This document shows, one piece after another, positions 29,954 through 40,004 of a DNA stretch of 64,000 nt (its first letter is position 1; the number at the start of each line of letters is the position of its first letter). Below the pieces are notes generated by a model that saw only the letters and a list, made by a program, of their open reading frames with translations, did no database searches and had not been told where the DNA came from. A program made the position numbers and the translations under genes. This DNA is from an uncultured Gemmatimonadales bacterium. Its GTDB lineage: Bacteria; Gemmatimonadota; Gemmatimonadetes; Palauibacterales; Palauibacteraceae. The stretch is taken from the NCBI GenBank assembly GCA_963783385.1, contig CAWANJ010000007.1:64001-128000 (forward strand). Direction: 5' to 3'.

Positions 29954-30927
29954 CGCGGCGGGCTCGCGCCGTTCCCACGCTGCCGGCCGCCGCGGCCGCC
30001 GCGGCCGCCGTGCTCCTGGCGACGGCGCCCGCCGCCGGGGCCGACACGACCCGGGTCGACACGCTGGCCCCCGACACCACCGCGGAGGCGGCCTGGCCCT
30101 TCCGCGTCGGGGAGCGGGCCACCTACGCCGTGACCCTCGGTCCGGTGAAGGTGGGCGGCGCCTCCCTGGCGGTCGAGGCGGCCGACACGATCCGGGGGAC
30201 GCCCACCTGGCGCGTCGCCATGGCGCTCCGGGGCGGCACCTTCTTCTATCACCTGGACGATCGTCAGGTGAGCTGGATCGCGCCACGGCCCTTCCGGTCC
30301 CTGCGCTTCGAGCAGCACCTGAGGGAGGGAAGCTACCGTCGAGACCGCAGGTACTGCCTGGACCAGCGCGCGGGGCGCTACTGGCGCTTCGACCGGGCCG
30401 ACGACGGGGGCTGGCGCTCGCCGCCCGGTGACGACGACCGGGACGAGGGGATGCCGATGCCCCCGGCCGCCCTGGACGAGATCGCCTTCCTGTACTTCGC
30501 CCGCACGCTGTCCCTCGCGCCTGGCACGACGTACCGCTTCGCCCGCTACTTCGAGGCCGAGGGGAACCCCGTGGTGCTCGAGGTGCTCCGGCGCGAGACC
30601 ATCACGGTCCCCGCCGGACGCTTCCGGACCGTCGTCGTCCATCCGATCATCAGGACCGGAGGGATGTTCGGCGAGGGGGGCAAGGCGGAAGTGTACTTCA
30701 GCGACGACGAACGGCACGTGGTGGTCCAGCTGGCGACATCCATGAAGGTGGGCAGGCTGAATCTCTACCTGAAGGACTACCGGCCGGGCGAGGAGCCGGG
30801 CACCGTACGGCCCGACTCCGTCGCCCCCGCCGACGCGCTCAGTCCATCGGGAGCGCCCCCGCCGGCATCTCCACCTTCGTGTAGCCCGCCGGAGGCTGGA
30901 ACAGGCTCGCGTCCAGCGAGGCGGTAG
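29950..30927 (+). CDS. Exported DUF3108-like protein
   Basis: Signal peptide, PFRVGERATY, ETITVPAGRFRT, YFSDDERHVVVQ. Confidence 0.75.
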   Translation: MTRRARAVPTLPAAAAAAAAVLLATAPAAGADTTRVDTLAPDTTAEAAWPFRVGERATYAVTLGPVKVGGASLAVEAADTIRGTPTWRVAMALRGGTFFYHLDDRQVSWIAPRPFRSLRFEQHLREGSYRRDRRYCLDQRAGRYWRFDRADDGGWRSPPGDDDRDEGMPMPPAALDEIAFLYFARTLSLAPGTTYRFARYFEAEGNPVVLEVLRRETITVPAGRFRTVVVHPIIRTGGMFGEGGKAEVYFSDDERHVVVQLATSMKVGRLNLYLKDYRPGEEPGTVRPDSVAPADALSPSGAPPPASPPSCSPPEAGTGSRPARR

Positions 30928-31888
30928 ACAGGTCCTGGAGCTTCGTCGTGCTCTGGAACAGGAGGGCACGACCGGCCTGGTCGTTCCCCTCCGCCTTCTT
31001 CTCGATCTTCTTCTCGATCTTCTTCTTGAAGAATCCCCCCAGGCCGCCGCCGCCGGAGTCCTCCTTCTTCTGGGCCTCCTGCGCGCTCTTGCCGCTGGCC
31101 TCGGTCTCGATCTTCAGGACCGTCAGTATCGGCGCGCCCTCGAGCTTGGATGCGTCCGTGGCCAGCTTCGCGTAGCTGTCGGCCGCCTCGGGACTGGACT
31201 GCGCCAGGAGCTTGCCGATGCCGGCGGTCGAGGCGCGCCAGGACTCACCCAGCTTCTCCGCCAGCTTCTTGTAGAAGGCGTGCACCTGGTCGTAGGCCGT
31301 CACGTCCTTCGCCAGCCACATGTCCGAGGTCGCGTACAGGGTGGCGGTGTCGGACTTCACGGTGTCCGCCCCCTGGACGGTCATGCTGAGCACGGCCTCG
31401 TCGCATTCGTGGCCGTCGATCGTCTGCGTCTTGCCCGTCCGGTCGAGCTTCACGCTGCCGGTGACCTTCACGTGGCTGGAGTCGGCCGGCGCCCCGGACG
31501 GCGCCGAGGCGGTGTCCTCCTGCTGGCCGGCGGCCTCCTGACTGGCCTGGTCCGCGGCCTCCTGGAGGCGCTTCCGGAACTCGTCGAAGGTGAGGACGCT
31601 GTATTCCTTCTTCGCGTGGTCGACGTCGATGAACATCTCTCGGTCCAGGTCGATGATCTTCGACCGGTCGCCGCTGTCGATGCGCAGGACGTTGCCCTTG
31701 AGGAAAGTCGTGTCGGTGTGGGGCTTGCCGACCCCCATGAACCGAGCGGCGGCGCCCAGCGTTCCGCCCAGCTTGAAGGTGGTCTCCGTCTCGTAGCGGA
31801 CGTCCTGGGCCCGGGCCTGGACGGACCCGACCGCGAGGAGCGCCAGCGCCACGACCAGCGCCCGCGAGCGGTGCATCTTTGAATACAT
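30839..31888 (-). CDS. Exported hypothetical protein (DUF4412-like)
   Basis: Signal peptide ending ARA-Q; TGKTQTIDGHEC and SLFQPPAGY motifs; strong codon bias. Confidence 0.75.
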   Translation of the reverse strand: MYSKMHRSRALVVALALLAVGSVQARAQDVRYETETTFKLGGTLGAAARFMGVGKPHTDTTFLKGNVLRIDSGDRSKIIDLDREMFIDVDHAKKEYSVLTFDEFRKRLQEAADQASQEAAGQQEDTASAPSGAPADSSHVKVTGSVKLDRTGKTQTIDGHECDEAVLSMTVQGADTVKSDTATLYATSDMWLAKDVTAYDQVHAFYKKLAEKLGESWRASTAGIGKLLAQSSPEAADSYAKLATDASKLEGAPILTVLKIETEASGKSAQEAQKKEDSGGGGLGGFFKKKIEKKIEKKAEGNDQAGRALLFQSTTKLQDLSTASLDASLFQPPAGYTKVEMPAGALPMD

Positions 31889-32059
31889 GGTGGACCTCTG
31901 AACCGTGGCCCCTCGGCCACGCGCCGGTTGGGCCGTGCCCGGGTCGCCGCGGCGGGTTCCGCGGCGCGGCGCGGCCCGGCCGGACCCGGGTGGATCCGAC
32001 CGTCCCTCAAGTTAGCGAAACCCGGGGGCGGGAACAGGGTCCGCCGGGCCCCGGCGGTT

Positions 32060-32088
32060 TTGCCCGCCTCCGCTTTGGCCGGTATATT
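32060..32088 (+). promoter_or_regulatory. Putative sigma70 promoter
   Basis: TTGCCC-17 bp-TATATT upstream of the small ORF at 32168. Confidence 0.5.
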
Positions 32089-32167
32089 CAAGCATGCGGG
32101 ACCTCCCGCGCCCGGGGGGCGTAGGACGATCCGCGATCACACGAAACCAGTTGAATCGGAGGAGCGT

Positions 32168-32455
32168 TTGGGTAAAGGCAAGTACGAACCGACGGACCTG
32201 GAACGGGCACGCGACGAGCTGTTCAGCCACATCCGGCGGTGCGGCGTCCTCGAAGCCGAGGACGGCCAGCGGGAAGAGTGGATGCAGGATACGATCGAGT
32301 TCCTGGCCGAGAGGTATCCGAACCTGTCACGTCAGGAGCTGGGCGAGCTGAAGAAGATCGGTGATCGGTATTGCCGTCCGGCGATCCCCCACGGGGATGC
32401 CGATGCGCGCGCTGCTTGGGACGAAGTCGAGACCGACGAGGTCACCGCAGCCTGA
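32168..32455 (+). CDS. Small hypothetical protein
   Basis: TTG start after GGAGGAG; protein-like composition (DLERARDELFSHIRRCGV...). Confidence 0.75.
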   Translation: MGKGKYEPTDLERARDELFSHIRRCGVLEAEDGQREEWMQDTIEFLAERYPNLSRQELGELKKIGDRYCRPAIPHGDADARAAWDEVETDEVTAA

Positions 32456-32594
32456 ACCGGCCTGACCGACGGTCGCATCGGCGGGATGCGTCGGCCCGGG
32501 AGCCGCTGTACGGTTCCGGGCCTGACGCGCCGACTCGATCGGATTCGAGCCCGGCGGACTCCGCGTCCGCGGTCGGCGAATCCCACTTTCTCGG

Positions 32595-33983
32595 ATGGAT
32601 CCGGCTCTAGCCTTCAAGCTGCTGGCCGTTCTGCTCCTCGTGGGGGCGAACGGCTTTTTCGTGGCGGCCGAGTTCGCCCTGGTCAAGGCGCGCCGCACGC
32701 GCATTCAGGAGCTGGCCGAGGGGGGCGACCTCCTGGCTCGCGCCGTCCAGGCGGCACAGGCCGACCTGGACCGGTCCATCTCCGGCACGCAGCTCGGCAT
32801 CACGATCGCCTCGATCGGGCTGGGCTGGATCGGCGAGCCGGCCATCGCCGACACCCTCTCCGGCCTGTTCGCCCGCCTGCCCGGCTTCTGGTCCGGGATC
32901 GCGACCCACGGGGTCGCCGTGGCGATCGCCTTCGCGCTCATCACCTTCCTGCACATCGTGCTCGGGGAGCTGGCGCCCAAGACGGCCGCGCTGCTGCGCC
33001 CCGAGACCGTGAGCCGCTACGTGGCCGTGCCTCTGAACCTGTTCAACCGCTTGACCGCGCCCGCCGTGTGGCTCCTGAACAGCTCGGCGGGGCTCGTGGT
33101 GCGGGCGTTCGGGTGGGGCTCGGCCGGGGGCGGGGAGCACATCCACAGTCCGGAGGAGATCCAGATGCTCCTGCACCAGAGCCTCGAGGGCGGGGTGGTC
33201 GAGCAGGACGAGGAGGCGATGATCCACGGCGTGTTCGAGCTCACGCGCACGGTGGCGCGCGAGGTCATGACGCCGCGCACCGACATCGTCGCCGTCCGGC
33301 ACGACGCCAGCCTGGACGAGGTGCTGGCGGCGGCGGCCGATTCGGGCTTCTCGAGGCTCCCGGTGTACCGCGAGTCGATCGATGACGTCGTGGGCGTGGT
33401 GCTGGTCAAGGACCTGCTCCCGTGGCTGCGCCGGCAGGACCGGAGCGGCTTCCGGGCGGACCGCGCCGCTCGGGAGGCCTACTTCGTGCCCGACACGAAG
33501 CCGGTGGACGACCTGCTGGCCGAGCTGCGGCGCCACAAGGTCCACATGGCGGTGGTGGTGGACGAGTTCGGCGGCACGGACGGCATCGTGACCCTGGAGG
33601 ACCTCGTCGAGGAGATCGTCGGAGACATCTACGACGAGCACGACATTGCCCAGGCCGAGATCCGGGTGGAGCTGGACGGCCGCATCCTCGTGGACGGCGG
33701 GGCGGCCCTCTCGGACCTGGAGCAGGAGTTCGACCTCCCCGAGGTCGGAGAGGAGTACGACACGGTGGCCGGCTACGTGATCGGCGAGCTGGGGCACATT
33801 CCCGAGCCGGGGGAGCGCGTGCCCCTCGGCCCGGCCGTGCTCGAGGTGCTGGAGACGCGCGACCGTCGCGTGACCCGGCTCGAGCTCCACAGGCCGGGGC
33901 CCGGGTCGGCTCCCGGCGACGCGGCGTCGAGCGGAGCGCGGCCGGCCGGGGACGGGGGACGGGACGGCGCGATCGCGAAGTGA
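32595..33983 (+). CDS. HlyC/CorC family (CNNM-CBS-CorC) membrane protein
   Basis: [68 protein letters not shown]. Confidence 0.95.
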   Translation: MDPALAFKLLAVLLLVGANGFFVAAEFALVKARRTRIQELAEGGDLLARAVQAAQADLDRSISGTQLGITIASIGLGWIGEPAIADTLSGLFARLPGFWSGIATHGVAVAIAFALITFLHIVLGELAPKTAALLRPETVSRYVAVPLNLFNRLTAPAVWLLNSSAGLVVRAFGWGSAGGGEHIHSPEEIQMLLHQSLEGGVVEQDEEAMIHGVFELTRTVAREVMTPRTDIVAVRHDASLDEVLAAAADSGFSRLPVYRESIDDVVGVVLVKDLLPWLRRQDRSGFRADRAAREAYFVPDTKPVDDLLAELRRHKVHMAVVVDEFGGTDGIVTLEDLVEEIVGDIYDEHDIAQAEIRVELDGRILVDGGAALSDLEQEFDLPEVGEEYDTVAGYVIGELGHIPEPGERVPLGPAVLEVLETRDRRVTRLELHRPGPGSAPGDAASSGARPAGDGGRDGAIAK

Positions 33984-34013
33984 TATCCTTAGGGGACTTC
34001 ATTTCGGACGGAG

Positions 34014-35225
34014 GTGGACCGGGCGATGGGACGGGATCTGTGGGAGTGGGAGGAGTACGACGCCCGCGCGCAGGACGAGTACGACCGCGGCGCCTTCGAC
34101 GAGGCCCTCCAGACCCTGCACGAGGGGCTGGCGCTCCACCCCGGGTCGCCGGAGCTGTGGGTGTCGCTGGGCTACACCCAGCTGGCCCGCGAGGCGTACG
34201 CATGGGCGCGTGAGGCGTTCGTCCGGGCCCTGGGGCTCGAAGAGGACCACGAGGAGGCCCTCGTCGGCCTGGGCGACGTCCTGCTCAAGCTGGGCGAGCG
34301 TGCCCGCGCCTTTCGCTGCTTCGGCCGCGTGCTCGAGCTCGGCTTCGGCTCCGACCCCGACCTGCTCCTCGCCATGGCGCGGGCTCTCTACCGCGAGGAG
34401 TTGTACGAGCGCGCGGTGACCCTCTACCGGATGGCGCTCGGCGCGGCGGAGGCCGCCGCCGGCGCGTCCACCGACGACGTGTCCTCCGACGAGGGAGTCC
34501 GGGTCGGGGCGGACGGCGTCCCGACGGCCGGTGACGTGACCGTGGCGGAGGCCGCCGCCGAGCTGGCTTACGCGCTCTACCAGATGGGCGACGCCGAGGG
34601 AGCGCTTCCGCTCCTCGAGGGCGCCCTCGCCCGCCATCCGGAACACCACGAGGCCCGCGTGTTCTACGGAAACCTCCTGTACGACCGGGGCGACTACGAG
34701 CGGGCCCTCGAGGAGTTCGAGCGCGTGCCGCCCGACCGGATGTGGGATCCGCTGGCAGTGTGGCGCGCCGTGGAGCTCCTGAGAGGCTTCCGGGGCCTGC
34801 CGCCGGACGCCGACGCCATCGAGCCCCTCATGCGCCAGCTCGAGATCCTCACCGAGGAGCCGGCGCCGGAGGAGCGCCTGCTGGCGGAGGTCGAGGCGGC
34901 CGCCGATCCCGGGTCGGCGGGCCCTTCCGTGCCCGATCGGAACCAGCTCGACCTGTTCGTCCTGGAGCGGGGCAGGCCCGAAGCCCGAAACCCGGACGTT
35001 CACGTCGTAAGAGCCCGTGACGGCAAGCTTTACGCCGGTGACTGGGCGGCCATCGTTCAGGCCATGCGTGACGATTCCATCGATCCGAACGTCTCCATCT
35101 TCGACTACATGCGGGACGCCGCGCGCGTCGTCCGCAGCTTGACGGGGATGTCCGTCCCGGACGACGATCCGGAGCGGTTCCTCCGGGCCTCGGCCCGGGC
35201 GGGCATCCTGCGCATCGAGCGGTGA
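34014..35225 (+). CDS. Tetratricopeptide repeat protein with unrecognised C-terminal domain
   Basis: Multiple TPR-like helical repeats. Start 34014 or ATG 34026. Confidence 0.8.
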   Translation: MDRAMGRDLWEWEEYDARAQDEYDRGAFDEALQTLHEGLALHPGSPELWVSLGYTQLAREAYAWAREAFVRALGLEEDHEEALVGLGDVLLKLGERARAFRCFGRVLELGFGSDPDLLLAMARALYREELYERAVTLYRMALGAAEAAAGASTDDVSSDEGVRVGADGVPTAGDVTVAEAAAELAYALYQMGDAEGALPLLEGALARHPEHHEARVFYGNLLYDRGDYERALEEFERVPPDRMWDPLAVWRAVELLRGFRGLPPDADAIEPLMRQLEILTEEPAPEERLLAEVEAAADPGSAGPSVPDRNQLDLFVLERGRPEARNPDVHVVRARDGKLYAGDWAAIVQAMRDDSIDPNVSIFDYMRDAARVVRSLTGMSVPDDDPERFLRASARAGILRIER

Positions 35226-35806
35226 GCGCGGTCGCGCTGGGGCGCTTCCTGGCTCGCCGGATGGCGGCCGCGGGCGTGGACCCGAACGGGACGCTCACGG
35301 TCGAGGACGTGCGCGCGCGCTTCGTCTCCTACCGGAGCTGCCGGGGGGAGCTCGACCTGGCCACCAAGGCCGAGTACGATCTCGCCCTGCTCGCGATGCT
35401 GAACGAGCCGGAGCTGGTCGAGGTGATGGACGAGGGGCTGCGGGAGGCGGTCGGGCGCGAGCTGACCTGCCCCGAGCCCGAGCTCGCCGTGCTGGATGGG
35501 TTCGCGGCCTCGATGGTGGGGCTGGGCCCGGCACTCGGCGGCCGGCGCCGCCAGGGGGCGGCCCGGGGGTCGAAGAGGACGAAGCGGCCGGCCGCGGAAG
35601 CGGGGGCGGAGGAGCCCGGGAGTGAGGGCGCGCCGGAGGCGGCCGCCTGCCGCGCGTGTGGCGCGGAGCTGCCCCGGAACCGGGAGGCCCGGTTCTGCCC
35701 TTACTGCGGTGCGGACCAGGAGATGCCTCGCTGCGCGGCGTGTGGCGAGGAGCTGGAAGCGGAATGGCGGTACTGCCCGGCGTGCGGCCGGGCGGCGGAC
35801 AGGTGA
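35222..35806 (+). CDS. Double zinc-ribbon protein
   Basis: Four CxxCG motifs (CRACG, CPYCG, CAACG, CPACG); GTGA overlap with the TPR gene. Confidence 0.85.
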   Translation: MSAVALGRFLARRMAAAGVDPNGTLTVEDVRARFVSYRSCRGELDLATKAEYDLALLAMLNEPELVEVMDEGLREAVGRELTCPEPELAVLDGFAASMVGLGPALGGRRRQGAARGSKRTKRPAAEAGAEEPGSEGAPEAAACRACGAELPRNREARFCPYCGADQEMPRCAACGEELEAEWRYCPACGRAADR

Positions 35807-35860
35807 GCGAGCGGCCCCCTGAAGGGGCTTCCACGGACCGACGCAGCCCGGGAGGCGACG

Positions 35861-36280
35861 ATGCGGAGCCTCAGAGTCATGCTGGTGCCGGCACTGGTCA
35901 CGGGATGGATGTGGAGTGTCCCTGCGGAGACGACCGTTGCGCCTTCGGGCGTGGCGTCGCTCCAGGCCCTGCCGGCCGGCGTCACGCCCGACATGGTGCG
36001 CGAGGGCAAGCGCCTGTTCGGTGGGAACGGGCTGTGCTACACCTGCCACGGGCCCGACGGCAAGGGGCTCCCCAGGCTCGGCTCGAGCCTCACGGACGGG
36101 CAGTGGCAGCACTCGGACGGCTCGTACAAGGGCATCGCGGCGACGATCGACAAGGGCGTGTCCGCCGAGCGCTCCTCGACCGGCATCCCCATGCCGCCCA
36201 GGGCCGGGGCGGACCTCACCGACGACCAGGTCCGGGCCGTGGCCGGCTACACCTGGACGCTGAGCCACTCGAGCGGCTGA
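35861..36280 (+). CDS. Monoheme c-type cytochrome
   Basis: Signal peptide, CYTCH heme motif, distal Met in PMPP; GGAGG RBS. Confidence 0.92.
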   Translation: MRSLRVMLVPALVTGWMWSVPAETTVAPSGVASLQALPAGVTPDMVREGKRLFGGNGLCYTCHGPDGKGLPRLGSSLTDGQWQHSDGSYKGIAATIDKGVSAERSSTGIPMPPRAGADLTDDQVRAVAGYTWTLSHSSG

Positions 36281-36332
36281 GCGCGCGGGCGCCGAGGGTC
36301 GGCCCCGTCCGGACCGGAAGGGGGGCGCACCC

Positions 36333-37379
36333 GTGATCCGGGTGGCCCTCATCCCGGGCGACGGGATCGGCCCCGAGGTCCTGCGGGAGGCTCGGCGCGT
36401 GCTGGACGCCGTGCAGGAGGCCGGGCTAGCCGAGCTCGAGCTCGAGACCTTCCCGCACGGCGCCGACCACTACCTGTCCACGGGCGAGACCCTGGGCGAG
36501 GAGACCTTCGTCCGTCTCCGCGACGACTTCGATGCCATCCTCCTCGGCGCGGTGGGCGATCCGCGCGTCCCGGGCAACGAGCACGCCCGCGACATCCTGC
36601 TCGGGCTGCGCTTTCGCCTGGACCTGTTCATCAACCTCCGTCCCGTCCGCCTGAGGGCGCCGGACCTCTGCCCCCTGAAGGGGGAGGGGGAGATCGACTT
36701 CCTGATCTTCCGTGAGAACACGGAGGGCTTCTACACGGGCGCCGGGGGCCTGCTGCGCGAGGGGACGCCCGAGGAGGTGGCGGTCAGCGAGTGCTTCGCG
36801 ACCCGGCGCGGCGTGGAGCGCATCGTGCGCGCTGCTTTCGAGCGGGCGCGCGCCGAGGGCCGGAAGCGCGTGACGCTGGGCGACAAGGCCAACGCCGTGC
36901 CGCACGTGTACGGGCTGTGGCGGCGGGTGTTTCGCGAGGTGGCCTCCGAGTACCCGGACCTCGAGTCCGAGATGCGCTACGTGGACGCCCTGGCCATGGA
37001 GTTCGTGCGCGCCCCGGAGCGATTCGGCGTGGTGGTGGCCGAGAACCTGCTGGGCGACATTCTCTCCGACCTGGGCGCCGAGCTGGTGGGCGGCATGGGC
37101 GTGGCTCCCTCGGCCAACGTGAACCCGGGGTCGCACGGCCTGTACGAACCCGTCCACGGCAGCGCCCCGGACATCGCGGGCACGGGGCGTGCAAACCCGA
37201 TGGGCGCGGTGCTGAGCGCCGCCCTGCTGCTCGCCGACCACGGCGCCGACCGCGCCGCCGCGCGCCTGGAGGAGGCCGTGGACCGTGCCCTGGCCGAGGG
37301 CGTGCGCACCCCGGACCTGGGGGGCGATCGCACCACGGCCGCCGTGGGCGAGTGGCTGGCCCGCGCCGTCATCGATTGA
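36333..37379 (+). CDS. Isocitrate/isopropylmalate dehydrogenase family protein
   Basis: IPGDGIGPEV, RENTEG, DKAN, NLLGDILSD, EPVHGSAPDIAG. Confidence 0.93.
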   Translation: MIRVALIPGDGIGPEVLREARRVLDAVQEAGLAELELETFPHGADHYLSTGETLGEETFVRLRDDFDAILLGAVGDPRVPGNEHARDILLGLRFRLDLFINLRPVRLRAPDLCPLKGEGEIDFLIFRENTEGFYTGAGGLLREGTPEEVAVSECFATRRGVERIVRAAFERARAEGRKRVTLGDKANAVPHVYGLWRRVFREVASEYPDLESEMRYVDALAMEFVRAPERFGVVVAENLLGDILSDLGAELVGGMGVAPSANVNPGSHGLYEPVHGSAPDIAGTGRANPMGAVLSAALLLADHGADRAAARLEEAVDRALAEGVRTPDLGGDRTTAAVGEWLARAVID

Positions 37380-37417
37380 GTCCGACACCGACAACGATAC
37401 CAGTGAGGAGATAGACG

Positions 37418-38620
37418 ATGGGCACGATGGGCTTCGACCGGGACGTGGTGTTCCTCTCCGCGGCGCGCACGCCGTTCGGGACGTTCGGCGGCTCGCTCAA
37501 GGACGAGACGGCCACGGACCTCTCCGTCCTCGCCTCGATGGCGGCGGTGGAGCGCTCGGGCGTCGACGCGTCCGAGTTCGGGCAGGTATACATCGGCAAC
37601 GTCATCCAGACGTCCCGGGACGCCATTTACATTGCCCGGCACGTGGGCCTCAAGTCGGGGCTCCCGATCGAGGTGCCGGCCTGCACCGTGAACCGCCTGT
37701 GCGGCTCCGGCTTCCAGGCCGTCATGGACGGGGCGCAGGCGATCCTCCTGAACCAGGGCCGCGTGTGCCTGACGGGCGGGACCGAGTCGATGAGCCAGGC
37801 GCCGCACACGGTGCGCGGGGCGCGCTGGGGCCTGCGGCTCGGGCCGTCCAAGCCGTTCGAGGACGTGCTGTGGGAGGCGCTCACCGACCCGTACTGCGGC
37901 TACTCCATGGCCGAGACGGCCGAGAACCTGGCCGAGGAGTACGGCGTCACGCGGGAGGAGGTCGACGAGTACGCGCTCCGCAGCCAGAAGGCGGCCAGAG
38001 CGGCCTGGGACGCCGGCAAGTTCGACGAGGAAGTGATCCCGGTCACGCTGTCCCGGCGCGGCAAGGAGCAGAAGTTCCACCTCGACGAGCACATGCGGCC
38101 CGACACCACGCTGGAGGGGCTGGCCAAGCTCAAGCCGTACTTCAAGGAGGACGGTCTGGTCACGGCGGGCAACGCCAGCGGGATCGGCGACGGTGCCGCC
38201 TCCCTGGTCATCGCCGACCGCGAGTTCGCCGACGCCCACGGCCTCGAGCCGATGGGGCGCCTGGTGGCGTGGGCGGTGGCGGGCGTTCCGCCGCGTATCA
38301 TGGGGCTCGGCCCGGCCCCGGCGTCGCGGGCGGCGCTCGAGCGCGCGGGCCTCGGCTGGGACGACATCGACCTGATCGAGATCAACGAGGCGTTCGGGCC
38401 CCAGTACGTGGCGGTGGAGAAGGAGCTCGACCTGGACCGTGACCGGGTGAACGTGAACGGCGGCGCCATCGCCATCACTCACCCGCTCGGCGCCACGGGC
38501 GCCCGCATCACGGGCCACCTCCTGTTCGAGCTCCGGCGCCGGGGCGGCGGGATCGGCCTCGGCTCGGCCTGCATCGGCGGCGGTCAGGGCGCCGCGGTCA
38601 TCGTCGAAGTGGAGGGCTGA
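37418..38620 (+). CDS. Acetyl-CoA C-acyltransferase (thiolase)
   Basis: VNRLCGSG, VTAGNASG, INEAF, NGGAIAITHP, CIGGGQG. Confidence 0.95.
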   Translation: MGTMGFDRDVVFLSAARTPFGTFGGSLKDETATDLSVLASMAAVERSGVDASEFGQVYIGNVIQTSRDAIYIARHVGLKSGLPIEVPACTVNRLCGSGFQAVMDGAQAILLNQGRVCLTGGTESMSQAPHTVRGARWGLRLGPSKPFEDVLWEALTDPYCGYSMAETAENLAEEYGVTREEVDEYALRSQKAARAAWDAGKFDEEVIPVTLSRRGKEQKFHLDEHMRPDTTLEGLAKLKPYFKEDGLVTAGNASGIGDGAASLVIADREFADAHGLEPMGRLVAWAVAGVPPRIMGLGPAPASRAALERAGLGWDDIDLIEINEAFGPQYVAVEKELDLDRDRVNVNGGAIAITHPLGATGARITGHLLFELRRRGGGIGLGSACIGGGQGAAVIVEVEG

Positions 38621-38694
38621 GGCCCTCCGGCCTTCGCGGACGGGCCGCGCCGGGCGCCGGCGCGGCCCGCTCCCGCGACAAGGGGAGGTGCGGC

Positions 38695-40002
38695 ATGGTG
38701 CTCTCCAGGATCGGTCGCGGCCCGGCCCGTGTGGCGCTCGCCTCGTTGCTCGGCCTGCTCCCGGCGGCCTGCAGCAAGAGCGGCGGGACGCCGTCCGGCC
38801 CCGTGCTCGGCGACGTGGCCGTGTACACGCTGACCACCGGCGGCGCGGTCGACCCGGATGGCTACGCGGTGTCGCTGGACGGTGGGACCGGCCAGGCCAT
38901 AGGGATCTCCGGGACGGTCACCTTCAAGAACGTCGCGACCGGATCCCACCAGCTCCAGCTCTCCGGACTGGCCTCCAACTGCTTCGTGGCCGGCTCCAAT
39001 CCCCGCGCCGCGGACCTGGCCGGGTCCGGCACGGTCCAGGCCACCTTCCTGGTCCACTGTCCCCTCGGGTCCAGCATCGCCTTCGTGAGCCGGCGCTCCG
39101 GCGACGCCGAGGTGTGGAGCATGGCACCGGACGGCTCCGGGGCCATCGACCTGAGCCAGAGCGGCGGCAGCCTCGACATGGAGCCGGCCTGGTCGCCCTT
39201 CGGGAGCGCGATCGCGTTCGTGAGCGACCGCACGGGGAGCCAGCACATCTGGAGCGTGGGCCCGGACGGGTCGGGAGCCACCGACCTCACCTCCGGGTCG
39301 GCCGGGCCGGACTCGGATCCCCGCTGGTCGCCGGATGGCGGGCGGATCGCCTTCGTGAGTGCCCGGACCGGCGACCGCGAGATCTGGGTGATGGCCTCGG
39401 ACGGGTCGTCTCCCTTCGACGCCACGGCGAACTCCTCGTCGGTCGACGAGAGCCCGCGCTGGTCGCCTGACGGGACCCGCATCGCGTTCGTGAGCGACCG
39501 GACGGGGAGCCGGGAGATCTGGGTCATGAACGCGGACGGCTCGAACCCCGTCCAGCTCACCGACGGCGCCGGGGCGGACCGGGACCCGCGGTGGTCGCCC
39601 GACGGCAGCATGATCGCCTGGGTGAGCGCCCGCACGGGGAGCGACGAGATCTGGGTCATGAACGCGGACGGCTCCGGCGCCGCGCAGCTCACCAGCGCGG
39701 CCGGCGTAGACGAGAGCCCGCGGTGGTCGCCCGACGGGGGCGCGATCGCCTTCGTGAGCGCCCGCACGGGGGGCCAGGACGTGTGGATCATGGGCGCGGA
39801 TGGGTCCGGCCAGACCGACCTCACGAGCGACGGGGCGGGCCGGGACTACGATCCCGAGTGGTCGCCGGACGGGAGCATGATCGCCTTCGTCAGCGACCGT
39901 ACGGGTGACGCGGACGTGTGGGTCGTGGGCGCGGACGGGTCCGGGCCAACCGATCTGACCTTCGCGCCGGGCTCCGACGACGCGCAGGTGTGGCTGCCCT
40001 AG
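38695..40002 (+). CDS. TolB-like PD40 beta-propeller lipoprotein
   Basis: Lipobox-like PAAC; seven repeats of IAFVS.RTG..EIWVM.ADGS....LT......PRWSPDG. Confidence 0.9.
   Translation: MVLSRIGRGPARVALASLLGLLPAACSKSGGTPSGPVLGDVAVYTLTTGGAVDPDGYAVSLDGGTGQAIGISGTVTFKNVATGSHQLQLSGLASNCFVAGSNPRAADLAGSGTVQATFLVHCPLGSSIAFVSRRSGDAEVWSMAPDGSGAIDLSQSGGSLDMEPAWSPFGSAIAFVSDRTGSQHIWSVGPDGSGATDLTSGSAGPDSDPRWSPDGGRIAFVSARTGDREIWVMASDGSSPFDATANSSSVDESPRWSPDGTRIAFVSDRTGSREIWVMNADGSNPVQLTDGAGADRDPRWSPDGSMIAWVSARTGSDEIWVMNADGSGAAQLTSAAGVDESPRWSPDGGAIAFVSARTGGQDVWIMGADGSGQTDLTSDGAGRDYDPEWSPDGSMIAFVSDRTGDADVWVVGADGSGPTDLTFAPGSDDAQVWLP
39076..39999 (+). repeat. Intragenic tandem repeat, 7 units of 132-135 bp (PD40 blades)
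   Basis: ATCGCSTTCGTGAGC-like unit starts at 39076, 39211, 39346, 39481, 39613, 39745, 39880. Confidence 0.85.
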
Positions 40003-40004
40003 AG

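Noticed and set aside
38460-38500. Thiolase THP instead of GHP
   Set aside because: The catalytic His, NEAF and CxGGG are intact; a minor variant.
39076-39999. Tandem repeat as a CRISPR or mobile element
   Set aside because: In-frame coding repeats of a PD40 propeller.
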